From Spirogloea muscicola (taxonomy: Eukaryota): 64,000 nt of DNA. The stretch lies in the NCBI GenBank assembly GCA_009602725.1, contig WELB01000008.1, positions 307,355-371,354 of the forward strand, read 5' to 3'. The position numbers were made by a program, and so were the translations under genes. Shown one piece after another: positions 32,664-45,292 of this stretch; position 1 is the stretch's first letter; every line of letters starts with the position of its first letter. Under the pieces are notes generated by a model that did no database searches, was not told where the DNA came from, and worked only from the letters and a program-made list of their open reading frames with translations.

Positions 32664-34200
32664 CTAGCCAAGGACTTTGGGCAGCACGTCTGCAGAAGAT
32701 CCACGAAAAGTGTACCTGCACAAAGGTGGCCTGAAACAGTGAGCAAAAGTCCCAGCGGAGCAAATGACCTGCACTAGTAGCCTGACTGGTGGTTAAAATA
32801 TCTAGATTCAACACAAAGCAGATCATCATGCAGACTCTATACTCTCACTACTCCCTCATCAAATGCAGAAAATTCTATACTGACAACTGCTGCTGATCGG
32901 AGTGTCCTCAATGTTGAACTCTGCTAGTGTTGCCCCTCCCATATATGCCACCTTGGCATAGCCAGCGGCAGGCTGTGCCAACAGCTTTGATCTCAAAATT
33001 AATCATCTTGCTCTGCATTCGTGGTGGGCTCAAGCAATCTCACTCAGCTCTTGTGCTTCGGTCCTTCACAACTAACTACTCCAAGCAACATATTGACCCT
33101 CATCAGTGACTGCACATGTCAGATTGCAACCTGCCAGTATGCAAGAATTTTGCTGATTGATGTGTGCGGATGCTTCACTAACCTATACTACTGCAGAAGT
33201 TCCCACAATGATGAAGTTGTCTGATTGCCAGGCGGCATCGTATGCTTGTTCCGATACTGTGGGATCGAGGTTCTCCCCAAACCAAACCACATGTGGCCTG
33301 AGAAGTCCCCTGCACTGCAGTCTGCTGTCTTGCAGCTGGCGTGTGCACCGTGGTAGATCAGGAAGCTCTATCTGAGCATCCTGGGCCTGCTGATGTGGAG
33401 CTCCCTACACAGACGAACGATGATAGTGCTCACATCAGCTGCTACCTCCTCAACTCCCAAGAAATGTTGTATCCAGGACAAGGTGCTTGCATCTTCAATG
33501 CAGGGACCTACTGACAACCCCGCCTGAATCAGCTGAAGCAGCATTTGTCAGAGAGAATGTCTGACTTCTGCACTCACCCTTCCAGCAAGAGCAGGGCATG
33601 TTGGCATGTCTCTATTCTCCAGATTTTCGCCGCAGCCTGTACATCTTGTTTTCCACAATGACCCATGCAGCTCCACAACATCTGCGCTACCTGCTTGTGC
33701 ATGCAGCCCATCGATGTGTCTGCACGCAACATTGCCCCTGCTATTCAGATGCTACTAATTTAGAGTCTCCCTGCAGACTGGAGCAGTTGTGAGGGTGAAT
33801 ACCTAATGATTTGAATACTCAGTTGGCATAAGTATGCAGACATTCCTAGCCAGGCGTGAGCTGAGAAGCAGATATGGAGCGGACTTCCCAACACGTCAGG
33901 TACCTGAGTTAAGAGGGTGAATGACTTGCCGTGGGCTTTACATCTCATCTGCAGAGCTACGAAAGCTGCATGAGCAGCATCTGGTGATGCTTTACAGACA
34001 ATATCGCTGAAAGTGCACATGCCAAAGATGGCTCACTACCTTACTGCATGTATGCAAGAGCAAAGACATGGGAGCTACCTTTCTTGACGCAATTGTATCC
34101 TAATTTCTGCAAGATGGAGTATAATAGGTCGGGAAGTAGGATGCTGACCGGCGGTAATGGTAGAATTCCCACACTAAAGCTGGGTCAGCTGCAAAAGCGG
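32664..34200 (-). pseudogene. SIRT5: Class III sirtuin (SIRT5/CobB-like) pseudogene, 5'-truncated
   Basis: Motifs AFAADPALVWEFYHYRR, LLTQ|(N)[40 protein letters not shown] and PAAG..AEFN. Lesions: +1 frameshift at the NID codon (33716-33719), TAG in place of Gln (33183-33185), and a missing GAGxSAESG N-terminus. Confidence 0.88.
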
Positions 34201-34345
34201 GTCGGCTTAGCAGCAGGTGACGTGCATTTGTCAATGTCCTTGCCTTCGTACTTGGCCACACATGGCCTCCCCACCTCCTTATACACACGTTCCTGATCCG
34301 TAAACGCCGGGCCTTGCCCGTCCCTGCAGCCCGGCCCGCGGCGCC

Positions 34346-37300
34346 ATGGCTGGCGCGCCCGCCTTAGGCGCCATCGAGGCCGCGCATGCCGTAAGCTAAT
34401 CCCGTCTGCCGGCAGCCAATCACTCAAGCTTCGACTAGCATAGCACGTCATTGTGGCGGCTTTCCAAATTTGGCAGCTGCAGAAGTGATACGTACTCTGA
34501 ATATGCCTTGCAAAAGTTGCTCCGCTGGGATTGGCCTTCATGGTCGTCAAGCTACGTCACTATCTCTCTTGCATCACAACAGCATACGGCCGTGGTCCTT
34601 TATCAGCCAATTGCAGTATGGTAGATGAGTGGCAATGGTGCTGGCGTATGCAGGCTATATCAGATGCATTATGCTCCTGCCGCATCAACAAGTATTCGGG
34701 CCTTCATGGTCCTGCACCTCCACCAACGATAGTCGTCACAGTTGCTCGGGTGCTCGATGTCATGCCTACATCTCTTGAGAGAGATATTACATCACCACAA
34801 TGTGACACAGCTTTTCCTGTTCGTGTGAAGGTTACAGGTGAAGCTGGTTGCCCTTGCCTGCAGATGCTGCGAACTGTCTCGCAAGAGTGTAACTGCAAAG
34901 ATAGATCGGACTGTCAGAATTCAACTTAGCTTCCCCTTGGTCTTGTGCACTGTCAGGAGGTTCAATCTTGACTGACTCTGGGGACATTGCAGTAGCTGAT
35001 ACAGGACAAGGTGTGCCAGTGACGACCTTAGTTGAACACTATAACCAGCTCTTTCGTACATTCTGCAAGCCCGCACCTTCCGATGTGCACCTCCGTAAGT
35101 TCAAAGTGGTCTTACAATCAAGGACACGGAAGTCTTTGACACATATCCTGTCTCTGCTTGATTAACGATGTGTGTCAACCAACTGATCACAATCTAACAT
35201 TGACTAGCCTATCTGGCAGCAGCTTACTCACTGACTCATTATTGCTCTCTGGGATCAGGGAATCCGGTCTTTGTCATAACAGCGGGTAATTCAGGAACTG
35301 TCAGATAAGCAGTGATTTACCTGAAATGCAGTTGTTAGACTAGGAGAACGAGCGACAGATCTCATGGGGCCTACTTGCCAAGCTTCCCATTTGGATACAG
35401 TGGCGGACTTGCAATACAGTCAGTCAATGTTACTGGCACTACATACTGAAATTACTGTTTGCTTGATGGGAAGCAGTTGCAAGTGACATCCTGATACGTG
35501 CCTACGAGATGAGGACTGCTGACCTTCCTAGTGATGGTGCCCTAGTCATTCTGCAATGTCCGTGCATAGAGAAGACACAGGAGACTCGCCTGAGCGGCAC
35601 AACCTTGAGCTTTGAAGCAGAGGGACGCATTGAAGAGTTGCTTGTCTTCATCCATGACCAGTTTAATGCGGTGGGTGAACACTTACATACTGTCTATGTA
35701 TGTCTTTGCCGTTTGAATCTGTTTTTGAGCCCCGCACGTTGCGGCGACTTGATGCTGATTGCGTGCACCAAGTGTGTGTGGTCGTGTACATGTTCATGCC
35801 GGTCTTCTGGTCACATTGACGTGCTGGGACCAATAAAGATCTCCGTCCTTAATCCACAAGTATGTCACCGATCCTCTCATCACATTGCATCACTGGAGTT
35901 GCTCTCTTTGCAATCTTCACTTCGCCGCAAGTGTTGAGGCTTGTAACATGCGCATGTTCAGATATCGGTCGACCTGCAAATGCAACATTTCTCAACAGTC
36001 ACATTATCTATTTTGCGGGAGTTGTCGTTGGACTACAATGTGGTCGTGGAAGCTAGCAGTATGCATACATCTATGACATGTTCCATCCCTGCCAGCTCAG
36101 TCTTGCACTGTTCGTCAATCTTGGAGCACTTTAAAGAAGGCGTCCAATCGCATCTGACTAAGAGATTGGCAAGGTTTGTGCGCATTGCCAAGACTCCATG
36201 CTGATTCTGTATGTCGTTGACTTAAATTTCTATGTATAAGCATCAGCTCCTTGACTTCCCTCGCTTCAGGCAGGACGGATCTGGGCTGTGTCCCATATCA
36301 GCAGTCCAGGTTGAAGCTGAAAAAGGGCGATATGCAGTACCTTGGACAGTTCAGGCCTGCATTGCACTCATAAAAGCACCAGAAGAGGAGCTTCCAACTT
36401 ACTCTCATGTAGATGCAACATAACATACTTAATGCAAGTAGCATTGTCATGAGGCTATTAGACAGACCAAACAAGTCATCAATGTGCCTCTGCCCAGTGA
36501 TGTGCTTCTGGAGTCAAGTGCTTCACTCCCGCTAAGCTCCAGCTCTGGAGAAGCACGTAGGCCTGTCACTGCTACTCTGATTGGGGTTCTGATGCTTGGC
36601 TCCAACGTTTGGTGCAACTGCGTAGCAGGTGACAACGTACAAGGATGGGTGCCTGATCATGGACTCAAGCCATATAATCCAGGCACTTGAGCATGGTATT
36701 GACTGGTCCAGGTATGGCCTCGACTATGATAGGGCGTTCATCTCCTCCCCCGGCAGAGCTAATATGACCTTCAAACATGCCGGTCTGACTGGCAAGGGTC
36801 TGGAGATTTTCGTGCACGAGATTGGAGCTTGTATCCTTCAGTCCGTTGAAATTTTGAAAAGTTGCAATAGTTAGCTGGCCAAAAGAACTTCTTGCCCTCC
36901 TTGACGCGTGTCAGACCCTGGTCAAATGCATGCATCAGCGTCGCGTACTTCCTCTGGGGCAGCATACTGTGATGCAAGCCAGTCAAGATTAGTGAAGATA
37001 GCTGTTCAGAAGGCCTTGGACAAGAGCAAGCTCAGGGGACCTACTCTACTTCCGAGCACATCTCAGAAGAAGGTAGTGACCAGTGCCTGAAAGAAGTAAT
37101 GTTCTTTTACAGCTCTCTATATATGAGCTGCTGACATCATGCATCGCACAACATTCACACCTGTGCTCTTGACTCACAATCCCCACAAATTCAAAAATGC
37201 CTACCGGAGCTAGCAAGGTCTGTGGCTGGAATCCTCATGCGCCTCCCAACATCAGCGCCAGTACCATCTGAGAATGACCATCTTAAAGCGCTTGGCTTAC

Positions 37301-37437
37301 CACAGCCTATCAACCTCAAGTCTCAGAAAAGTGTAGAGAAGGTCATTCTCAGTAAGCTGTCTATCGCTGCATTGATGCTTGATGCAGCAAGCTGTGAAAA
37401 GGATCAAATGGCTCACTGTAAGGACCGAGACAGATGA
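34346..37437 (+). CDS. MTOPVIB: Meiotic topoisomerase VIB-like protein (SPO11 partner), possibly decaying
   Basis: Colinear motifs resembling Arabidopsis MTOPVIB as recalled: AISDALCSCR, VADTGQG, LSGTTLS, EHFKEGVQSHL, IDWSRYGL, LVKIAVQKALD and CLPELARSVAGIL. Two expected splice acceptors are non-AG. Confidence 0.8.
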
Positions 37438-38067
37438 GAAGTGCACACATTGTTGGTAACAATTTTGCTTGGGCTGTAGGACACGGTGACATTGCCCGCA
37501 CAGTGCAAGGACTACCATCAGCATGGGTGTTGCTGACAAAGCCCCTGCAATTACTAAGAAGACAGACCTTACCTTATAGTCAAAGCATCCCTTGGCAGAC
37601 ATCAGATATATGACGCATAATCTTGCAGCATACACTGGACATTACCTATACAATATGAAGTGCCAGTGACATTGCGAGCCAATTTCTGTGCTCGCTGCAG
37701 ACTTCGTCAAACACAGGCATTCAATCACAGAATTACAGATTCTAACATTGAGCACGAAGGACTGCTGGCAGACCAAGCATGCCAGCGCACATTGACATGA
37801 CTCCTCGCTGCTCGAAGATATCTTAGTGGATGGCGTGAAGTGAAGCATCAAGTGATGCCAACATGTTGCTACTCAAAGCATAGCACGGCATCCAGCCCGT
37901 CTATTCGTGCTCATTGCCGAAGGCGTGAAAGAAGGGCCAAGTATGTCCTTTAGCTGCAAACTGATGGCAGAGAGGCGCAGCAGCAGACTGCCACAAGCTG
38001 AACGAGCAAACTTGCCACAAGCTGACCAACTGGCCTCGCTGCTTTGGCTCTCAGGCTGTGTGCCAGA

Positions 38068-39003
38068 CTACTTCCAAAGCTCCTCCATAGGGATGTTCCG
38101 GTCCCGCGCGACATCGCGGAACTGCTTCATCTCGGACACGGCCTGGAGGACTGCGCGGGCATTGTTGAGCGGGTTGCCGGACCCGAGCTCCTTGCCGAGG
38201 GCGTTCTCAACGCCGGCCAGCTCCAGAACAATGCGCACGGACCCGCCGGCGATGACGCCCGTCCCGGTGGCGGCGGGGCGCAGCATGACTTGGGCAGCCC
38301 CGAACTGGCCCAGCGCGCGGTGCGGGAAGGTGAGGTACTTGGTCATGGGCACGGTGACCATGTGCCGCCGCGCATCGGTCGCCGACTTCTGCACCGCCGA
38401 TATCACCTCCTTAGCCTTGCCGACGCCCACGCCGACGCGGCCCTTGCGGTCGCCCACCACCACGACCGCACGGAATGCCATCTGCTTCCCGCCCTTCACG
38501 ACCTTGGTGACGCGCCGGATCTGCACCACCCGCTCCTCCAGGGCATCCTTGCCGCCGCCGCCCGCGCCACCGCGCTTCCCGCCGCCCCGCTCGCCGCCGT
38601 CCTCGGACTTGCGGCCCCGCCGCGGCTTGGGCGCGTCGTCGTCGTCGTCGCCGGCGCCGTCGACTGAGAAGCCGGCCCCCCGCGACCCCTCCACGCCAGA
38701 GAACGCCTTGCCGTAGAGGGCCTGGTAGGCGGCCTCCACGTCCACCTCGCTCTCCTCGTCCTCCTCCTCCCCGTACCCGGCGGCGGAGGCGATGGCGGCC
38801 CCCGCGGCGCGGCCGCGCAGCACTGGGCAGCGCAGCGACCGGGACCCATCCTGCAGCTGCAGCCCCGACAGCGAGGCGGCGAGCGACGAGAAGGCCCTCG
38901 CGGCGGGCGCCGGCCGCCGTACGAGCCCGGCAGCGCCCGAGGGAAGCCGCGCGCACATCGCGGCGCGCGGCCCGGCGGTAATGGCGGCCGGCGCCATGGT
39001 CAT
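38068..39003 (-). CDS. PRPS5: Plastid 30S ribosomal protein S5 with transit peptide, intronless
   Basis: [54 protein letters not shown] and C-terminal IPMEELWK. Ala/Arg/Ser-rich N-terminus. Confidence 0.97.
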   Translation of the reverse strand: MTMAPAAITAGPRAAMCARLPSGAAGLVRRPAPAARAFSSLAASLSGLQLQDGSRSLRCPVLRGRAAGAAIASAAGYGEEEDEESEVDVEAAYQALYGKAFSGVEGSRGAGFSVDGAGDDDDDAPKPRRGRKSEDGGERGGGKRGGAGGGGKDALEERVVQIRRVTKVVKGGKQMAFRAVVVVGDRKGRVGVGVGKAKEVISAVQKSATDARRHMVTVPMTKYLTFPHRALGQFGAAQVMLRPAATGTGVIAGGSVRIVLELAGVENALGKELGSGNPLNNARAVLQAVSEMKQFRDVARDRNIPMEELWK

Positions 39004-39826
39004 GGCCGGCCGCCGGATCCGCCGGAGGCTTGGGGTTCAAGGCTGCCAGCCGGTGGTTCGGGCAAGTCAAAGCGCCCCCCGTCTTGCTAACTCGTCGTCC
39101 CCACGTCGCTAAAGCGCCGTTGGCCCACTGCTCTCTCGATGCAGATGGTGCCGCCTCGTAGCGGGGGGCCACTGTGACGGCAGCACCGCGCCAATCAATG
39201 TGGGCCCGCAACGACCGCCGCGAGAAGCCACTCCGCGCCGTTCGACGGAGGCGGCTGGCCGGCGCCGTGGGCCAGGTTGCAGCCAGCGGCAGACCATCGG
39301 CCCGCCACCGGCGGGCGCTTCCCCTCACCCGGCCGTCAGGAGGACAGCCTGCGTTCCAGGTGCCCTTGGCCTGATTGTTGCCCCCCGTTACCGTGACCTC
39401 TGTAAGGCTCACACTCCTGTTCAATTTCATGCGCACCGCTCGCCTTTCTTCCAGGTCTTTCTCCAGCCCGCTCCCGCAAGGCGCGCGCGCGCGCTCGAGG
39501 CCCTTGGCAAGGCGCCCGCCGCCGCCGCCGCCGCCGCCGCCCTTTGACAGAGTCGGCGCCGCCGCGCGTGGTAGTCTGGGGCAGGTGCCTGGAGCAGGCC
39601 TGCAGGCGCCGGTGGCCGGCTCCAGGGTTGCCCGCCTACGCTCCTGCTCCCCGCTGCTGGCATTGGCACTCGTGAGCTCTGAGACCCCGGGCCGTCGTCA
39701 GCTGGTCGGAAAATCGGCTTCAGAGAGCGAAGCCGGCCGCGCCTCCACTTAGGAGCCTCAGCTTGGTGGCTGGCAGGCTCCAGAGGCGCCTGTCTCCTGC
39801 TTTCACGTTGCTTCTCGGCTCCTTGG

Positions 39827-42306
39827 ATGGGCCTGTCAGATGGCCAGACTGCGCACGTATCGACAGATGTCGATGACGGGCACGGCCAGCAGAAGTTTCC
39901 GCCGCAAGGCCTCAGCCAGCTGCTGTCACCCACCGAGCCCCCTGCCGACGCCCACCAGTCGCAGGACGATGCAAGTGCTTCCCTGGAGTCCCCCACTCTG
40001 ACATCAGTACTTGTTACTAGTGCGTTCCCCATTTCGTACCTCTGCATCTCTCGCTGTAATCTGCTGGTGTACTTCATTGACATGGGACAAAGTCTTTGCA
40101 GCACATGTCCATAGCGTATCATGAGCCAGAGAAGTCTATGTCTCTCCATTGCCTTGGAGGCCTTGCCAGAAAGTGATTGGCACTACTTGGACCAGGCAGG
40201 GTCTTTGCTGCAGCTTGTGTCGATGCTTTGGAAAACCTTCACGGGTCTTCCCCTGATTAAATTCGTCAACAGGGGACTAAATGTCCAACCTCTTCTGTCC
40301 ATGCAGGTGCACACTTAGACGAGGCAAGGACGCCAGGAGTCGTGGCAGAGTGCAGGATTTGTCAAGAGGAGGATCAGACAGGCAACCTTGAAACACCCTG
40401 TGCATGCCGAGGAAGTCTTCAGGTATGCTCCCAAGACTGGGAGGATTGATGCTTGTAGGCTCGTCCCTTACCCTTGTTATCCTTCAACAAAGGTACTGGT
40501 TAAGAGTCGGTCAAAAGGCGAAGTTAGGTCCACAGGTTATTTGCACTACTGGCAGAAATCTGCTGAGAGGTGACTTGCTGCAACACAGGCTGCTGATATC
40601 ATCTGGTCATAGCGTGCCCTTCCATGCAGCTAGGCAATACCTTTGATGACAACCATCAAGACTCTGTTGTGCTTACTGCATGTACAGTTTTGGCACCACA
40701 TGAGGGACTCTTTCTAATGACCAGCTTATCTTTCCTGGCAAGGCTAGAGAGTCCTGGTCTTTCTCCTAGAAGCAGGAATGTTGGCAGTCGAGTTGGAGAG
40801 CCCTTGTGCCTGTATCAATTCTCAATGGAGGGGCAGTTGTATGTCATTGACAATCGTCAGTGCACATGTGGTGTACCGCCTGAAGTGCCTCCTGTGCGTG
40901 CTTGCTTGCAGTATGCCCACCGCAAATGTGTTCAAAGGTGGTGTTTGGAGAAGGGTAACTTGATTTGTGAGATTTGCCACAAGGTATGATTGCTGTCTCG
41001 GTTGCCAATATGTGCAGCTGTTTCTCAAATGAGCTGTTTCAGAACGTCACAAGCAGGGATGTGAGTAGGCCCTGTCTATGCTTTTATAACTTGAAAAGTG
41101 TGCGTCAAAGTCAATCGGTTGATCCACAAGGAAGCAGGTTTTACATCTGTACTTCAACTAGCACATCTTATTGACATTGTATTGTGCATTTGGGATCTCT
41201 GCAGCCCTATCAGCCCGGCTACAGTGCTCCACCACCTTTGCTGCCCCAACACCCAGTAACAACCATCATTGACTTCAGGTAAGGTCATCTCACTGGCTTA
41301 TATGGTCTACACTTAGCGCATCAGCCGCTGCCAAGGACGCTGCCAAGGCTTGGGGTTGATCATGGAGTAAGTCGTACTTCTTGCTCACCTGCAGGGAGCA
41401 GTGGTTCCTTCCAGCAGGACACCCCCTCCGTGCAAACAGTAGGGCACACATAGATTCTGGCAATCATCAGCTCCTGGACCTTGATTATGACACCTATACA
41501 GCAGTTTATAATAATGGTACCCACTTCAGATCAGCAGCCTTGACGGTGAGGTTCTCAAATCCCGTGGATCGTCCTCGTCTATCACTTACTTTACGCTATA
41601 TTGTCCATACATGTGATACACCCAACATGTGATGCTACAACATATCCATATTAATACACCCACACGACCTGGAGAACTGGAGCTGAGCCGTTATTCAAAG
41701 CTGGAATTCTCTGCAGCTGCTGGCTCTCCTCCTTCTTCGGCATGCTCTTCAGATGATCCAAATGGATGACGACAGCGATGATGAGATTTTTACTGTGAGC
41801 TCATTACCCAGCTTCAAACTTGGCAAAGACGCCCTTGTAAGGATATATTAACAGGTTCCACATGCTAAAACCACTTTAGGTAGCCCCTACGACACATTTT
41901 GACCTACATAGGAAGGTCTGTCCTAGTATCAAGCTAATGTGCTTGAGTTTGTCCTGGCAGGTGCTGCTGTTTCGAGCTGTTGCCTTCTTAGTCCCCTTCT
42001 ACATTATCATTCGAGCCTTCAATATCTTCCGCAGGCGCCGCCAGCAGCAGGCAAGCACCCTCTCTGCAGCATCTGGGTCCACGCCCACCACACGACTCTT
42101 GCCGCAGCTTACTTGAACTAGAGTCAGCTCTCCTGCGAGCAAGATGAGGGCTCTGGTACGTAAGCTGTTATACTGGGGAGTGATAGCAGTTGCTATGCTG
42201 ATAGCAGTTTGACTGGAAACTGCAGGAGTCAGCTTTGGCAGGAGCTGAGATTGTGCTCTTGCAAGGCACTGTACATGACGAACATTTGCCACCTACAAAT
42301 GCCTGA
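39827..42306 (+). CDS. RING-CH (RINGv) / DUF3675-type membrane E3 ubiquitin ligase
   Basis: ECRICQEED...PCACRGSLQ|YAHRKCVQRWCLEKGNLICEICHK|PYQPGY, then RSAALT|LLALLLLRHAL and FRAVAFLVPFYIIIRAFNIFRRRRQQQ. Last exon ESALAGAEIVLLQ...PTNA* assumes a GC donor at 42051. Confidence 0.9.
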
Positions 42307-43266
42307 TTTAACTATTGTTTTCTTAAGTACAGTGCATAATCAGGACCTCATCAATGAGGTCTTTTATGTTCACACTCTTTCTGTCGATCTATGAATATAG
42401 GTCACAGCAACATAGCAGCCACTAGCCTGTGAGCTCAGCCTGTGAGAAGGCATATTCGTATCTCATGTACTTGACTTGCAAGCTGGGAGCTGTCAGGAAC
42501 CTGGTAATTGCTCTCGGCCCGTGTTGTCCATCACACCATCTCTTCATCGTGTTGCTCCACCTTTTCCAGCGGGTCACTCATTTGGAGAAGGACGCTGTGT
42601 GAACAAGGGTTCAGTTCTAGCTCTATCAGCAATCTTGGCTTGCAATCTGTTGATGGTGGATGCGGTCTTTTTGGCAGCAATTTCGTGGGTTGCGTTGAAG
42701 TCTGGGTTTTGGTCGTGGGTATTGTTGGGGATTAGACTTCCTGCAGTTGGTTTGTGAAGGGCCTGGGAGGTACAGTGCAAATACCGCTCAGACTAGATTG
42801 ATGTATTGTCAGCTTATTATTCCCCGGTCATTGTCAAAAATTATTCCCCGGAAATTGACAGAATCAATCTTGATCCTAGGCACTTTTTTGCGAGGACACA
42901 CTGAAGCCCTTTGATGGAGTGTAATGCAGAACTGTTGCTCCGAGGTGCTGTCAAGTTTCAAGTGACTTGGCAGCCTGAAGTCTGGCTTCACACCCAGATG
43001 AAGTGGCTATGCATGTCCACCTGTCATTGCTGACCACGATAATGATCATGCACGGAGCCACCCACAGAACGGCAGCCTCGGAAGGGTAGTGCTAATGGAG
43101 CCCATGGCCACTCGCCATCGAGCAGCGCAGCTGCTGAAAAGAAAATTGCATTTACCACAAATGAGGCCGAGGTGTCGGGACACAGAGCGAAGGCCGCGAG
43201 CGATGCTATCAGAGAAAAAACGTTGGTGCGAGCTCCTCGAGAGCGGTCTTGGTGGCCATGCAGCGC

Positions 43267-43749
43267 TCAGTCGCCACGGTGCGCCGCCTGCAAGCCCGCA
43301 ATGTCACTCTTGGACATGGTCATCATGGCCTGCATCACGCGCTGCGCCTTGGCCGGGTCCGGGTCGCTCATCAGCTGCTTCAGCTGCACCGGCACGATCT
43401 GCCACGAGACGCCGAACTTGTCCTTGAGCCAGGCCCAGCGCCCGGGCTTGCCGCCGTCGGCCGTCAGCTTGGCCCACAGCCCGTCGACCTCCTCCTGCGT
43501 CTCGCAGCTGACGGCCAGCGAGATGGCCTCGGTGAAGTGGTACTCGGGCCCGCCGTTGAGCGCCGCGAAGCGCAGGCCCTCCAGCTCGAAGCTGACGGTG
43601 AGGGCGGTGCCGGCGGGGTAGCGCGAGCCCGCGCCGTAGCGCGACACCTCCAGCACGCGGCCGCCCGGGAACACGCCGGTGTAGAATTGCGCCGCCTCCT
43701 CGGCGGCGCCGTCGAACCACAGGAACGGCGTGATCCTCTGCGCCTGCAT
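43267..43749 (-). CDS. VOC/PhnB-like protein (3-demethylubiquinone-9 3-methyltransferase family), bacterial type, intronless
   Basis: ITPFLWFDGAAEEAAQFYTGVF, FAALNGGPEYHFTEAISL, QEEVDGLW, WLKDKFGVSWQIVP and AMMTMSKSDIAGL. Confidence 0.92.
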   Translation of the reverse strand: MQAQRITPFLWFDGAAEEAAQFYTGVFPGGRVLEVSRYGAGSRYPAGTALTVSFELEGLRFAALNGGPEYHFTEAISLAVSCETQEEVDGLWAKLTADGGKPGRWAWLKDKFGVSWQIVPVQLKQLMSDPDPAKAQRVMQAMMTMSKSDIAGLQAAHRGD

Positions 43750-44612
43750 TGCGACGGCAGGGGCTTGACAATGGGGAATGGCTGCGAGTTGTGGTGGGCG
43801 AGGTTGGACGTGGGCGAGAGTGGGCGTGGGCGGGCGTCGGGCGGGCGCACCTGGCTGGGTTGCGCAGGCGTAATGGCGACGCTTTGCAACCCCCCGGTTA
43901 CTCCGACCAATATCTGTTGACGAGAGGTTATGGAGAGTACATTCGCAGAAGTGAAGGGGAGAGATTGTGTGCAGTTGGCCTTACACTCCTTTGGGCTGGC
44001 CTCTCACAGCCGTTGCCTTACATTGAACGAGCAGATTTCCCCTTCCCTGTTGAATGATGCATTTCCCTGCCTATTAGCCCTTCATACTGTCTGACCGTCG
44101 GGAGGGGGCACTTGTCGATCCTGGAGTCTTCTTGCCCGGGCCACCTTGGCTGCCACGTAGCGCTATGGGTGCAGTTGTGTCAGCAGTGCACGTGCAGGCT
44201 AAAAGCCAGATTGGTGAACAGCGGCCATGGCAGGCCTACTGTATGCAGCGAAATATCCTCGAAGGCTGAACGGCGTGCCAGAGGCTGGGCAGAGCTTCAC
44301 TGAGGAGTGAGGGGAGATGGAGCGATGAGTGGGCAGAGAGGCAGGCCACCTAGCAACACACAAAGCCGGCGCGCAGACAGCGCTGCCTAGCCGCAGACAG
44401 CCGGCGCGCACACAGCCCTGCCTAGCTGCACACAGAGCCGCTGCGAGATTGCTGGGCCGATGATGCAATGGGCCGGGGGCTCCCTTATCAAGCGAGACTC
44501 TCTTCGGCCCGGCAGGACAAGCGGGAAACTACTCCGTGGCTGCTACTGCCAGGAGCTGGTTAGTGAACTCCAGTCAGCCAAGGCTTTCCCTTTTTAGCGA
44601 TTTCTCGCTTAA

Positions 44613-45292
44613 GGGCCAATGCACACTCGGTCGGTCGGTCGCGCCGAGGGGTACGTGTCATCAAGGAGGAAGAACGCGCCGTTGCACATCTGGCGCTGAC
44701 TAGGAAGCCGTTAACCTACCGTTTACGAAGAAACGGCGCCATACCTACCGAGGGTGTTCAAGTTCCAGGCCCGAGGAGGGCCGAAGATTTCGACCAACCC
44801 CCCCCCACCCCACAGCAATTGCAGGCGGCCCGGCCTCCGTGGCGGCGACCGCCCCCTTGACCCGGAGGTCAGCACGTGCATGACCGGCCGACCACGTTCT
44901 AAGTGGCCCTAAGGACAACAGGGGGGCGGACGGAACTGGGCCCTCCTGTCCATTCTTTTTTGGCTGGCTTCTGCCAGCCCCTCTCTTCTATGGGCGAGCT
45001 CATTCCTCGGAAGGAGGGCCCACTTCTGTCCGCCCTCGTGGCAAACGGCGCCGTTTCTCCCGCAACGGGATAACTGCGTCCTAGTCAGCACACATGTTGC
45101 AAACGGCGCCCTTTAAGTTACTCCCTCCTTAACGGGGGCAACAGGCGTCCTAGTCAGCGCCTGTTGCCCCCGATGTGGCGCCTTCATGGCGCGCGTCCGC
45201 GTCCGGGCGCGCAAGGTTGTGAAGCCGGGCGACATAGACCGCGCAACACGTACCCCTCCCGTGCGTCCGTCCGTGCCAGTGTGAATTGGCTC
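44613..45292. mobile_element. Non-autonomous PIF/Harbinger (Tourist-like) MITE, 680 bp
   Basis: Imperfect TIRs of about 45 bp (GGGCCAATGCACACT...GAGGGGTACGTGT versus reverse complement GAGCCAATTCACACT...GAGGGGTACGTGT). TAA TSD at 44610-44612 and 45293-45295. Internal repeats AAACGGCGCC and GCGTCCTAGTCAGC. Confidence 0.8.

Noticed and set aside
33183..36441. In-frame TAA/TAG at Gln-like positions suggesting a UAR=Gln genetic code
   Set aside because: Intact genes here end at TAA (gyrB, GH28, TMEM41) or TAG (RPS5, SEC15) at the expected C-termini and have no internal UAR. C-to-T decay in disabled genes explains the observation.
37907..39436. Long overlapping ORFs around RPS5, and similar ones at 79-925, 5768-6506, 28132-29364, 43172-43920 and 58062-58868
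   Set aside because: These are shadow frames of GC-rich sequence with Arg/Pro/Ala-rich translations and no recognisable motifs.
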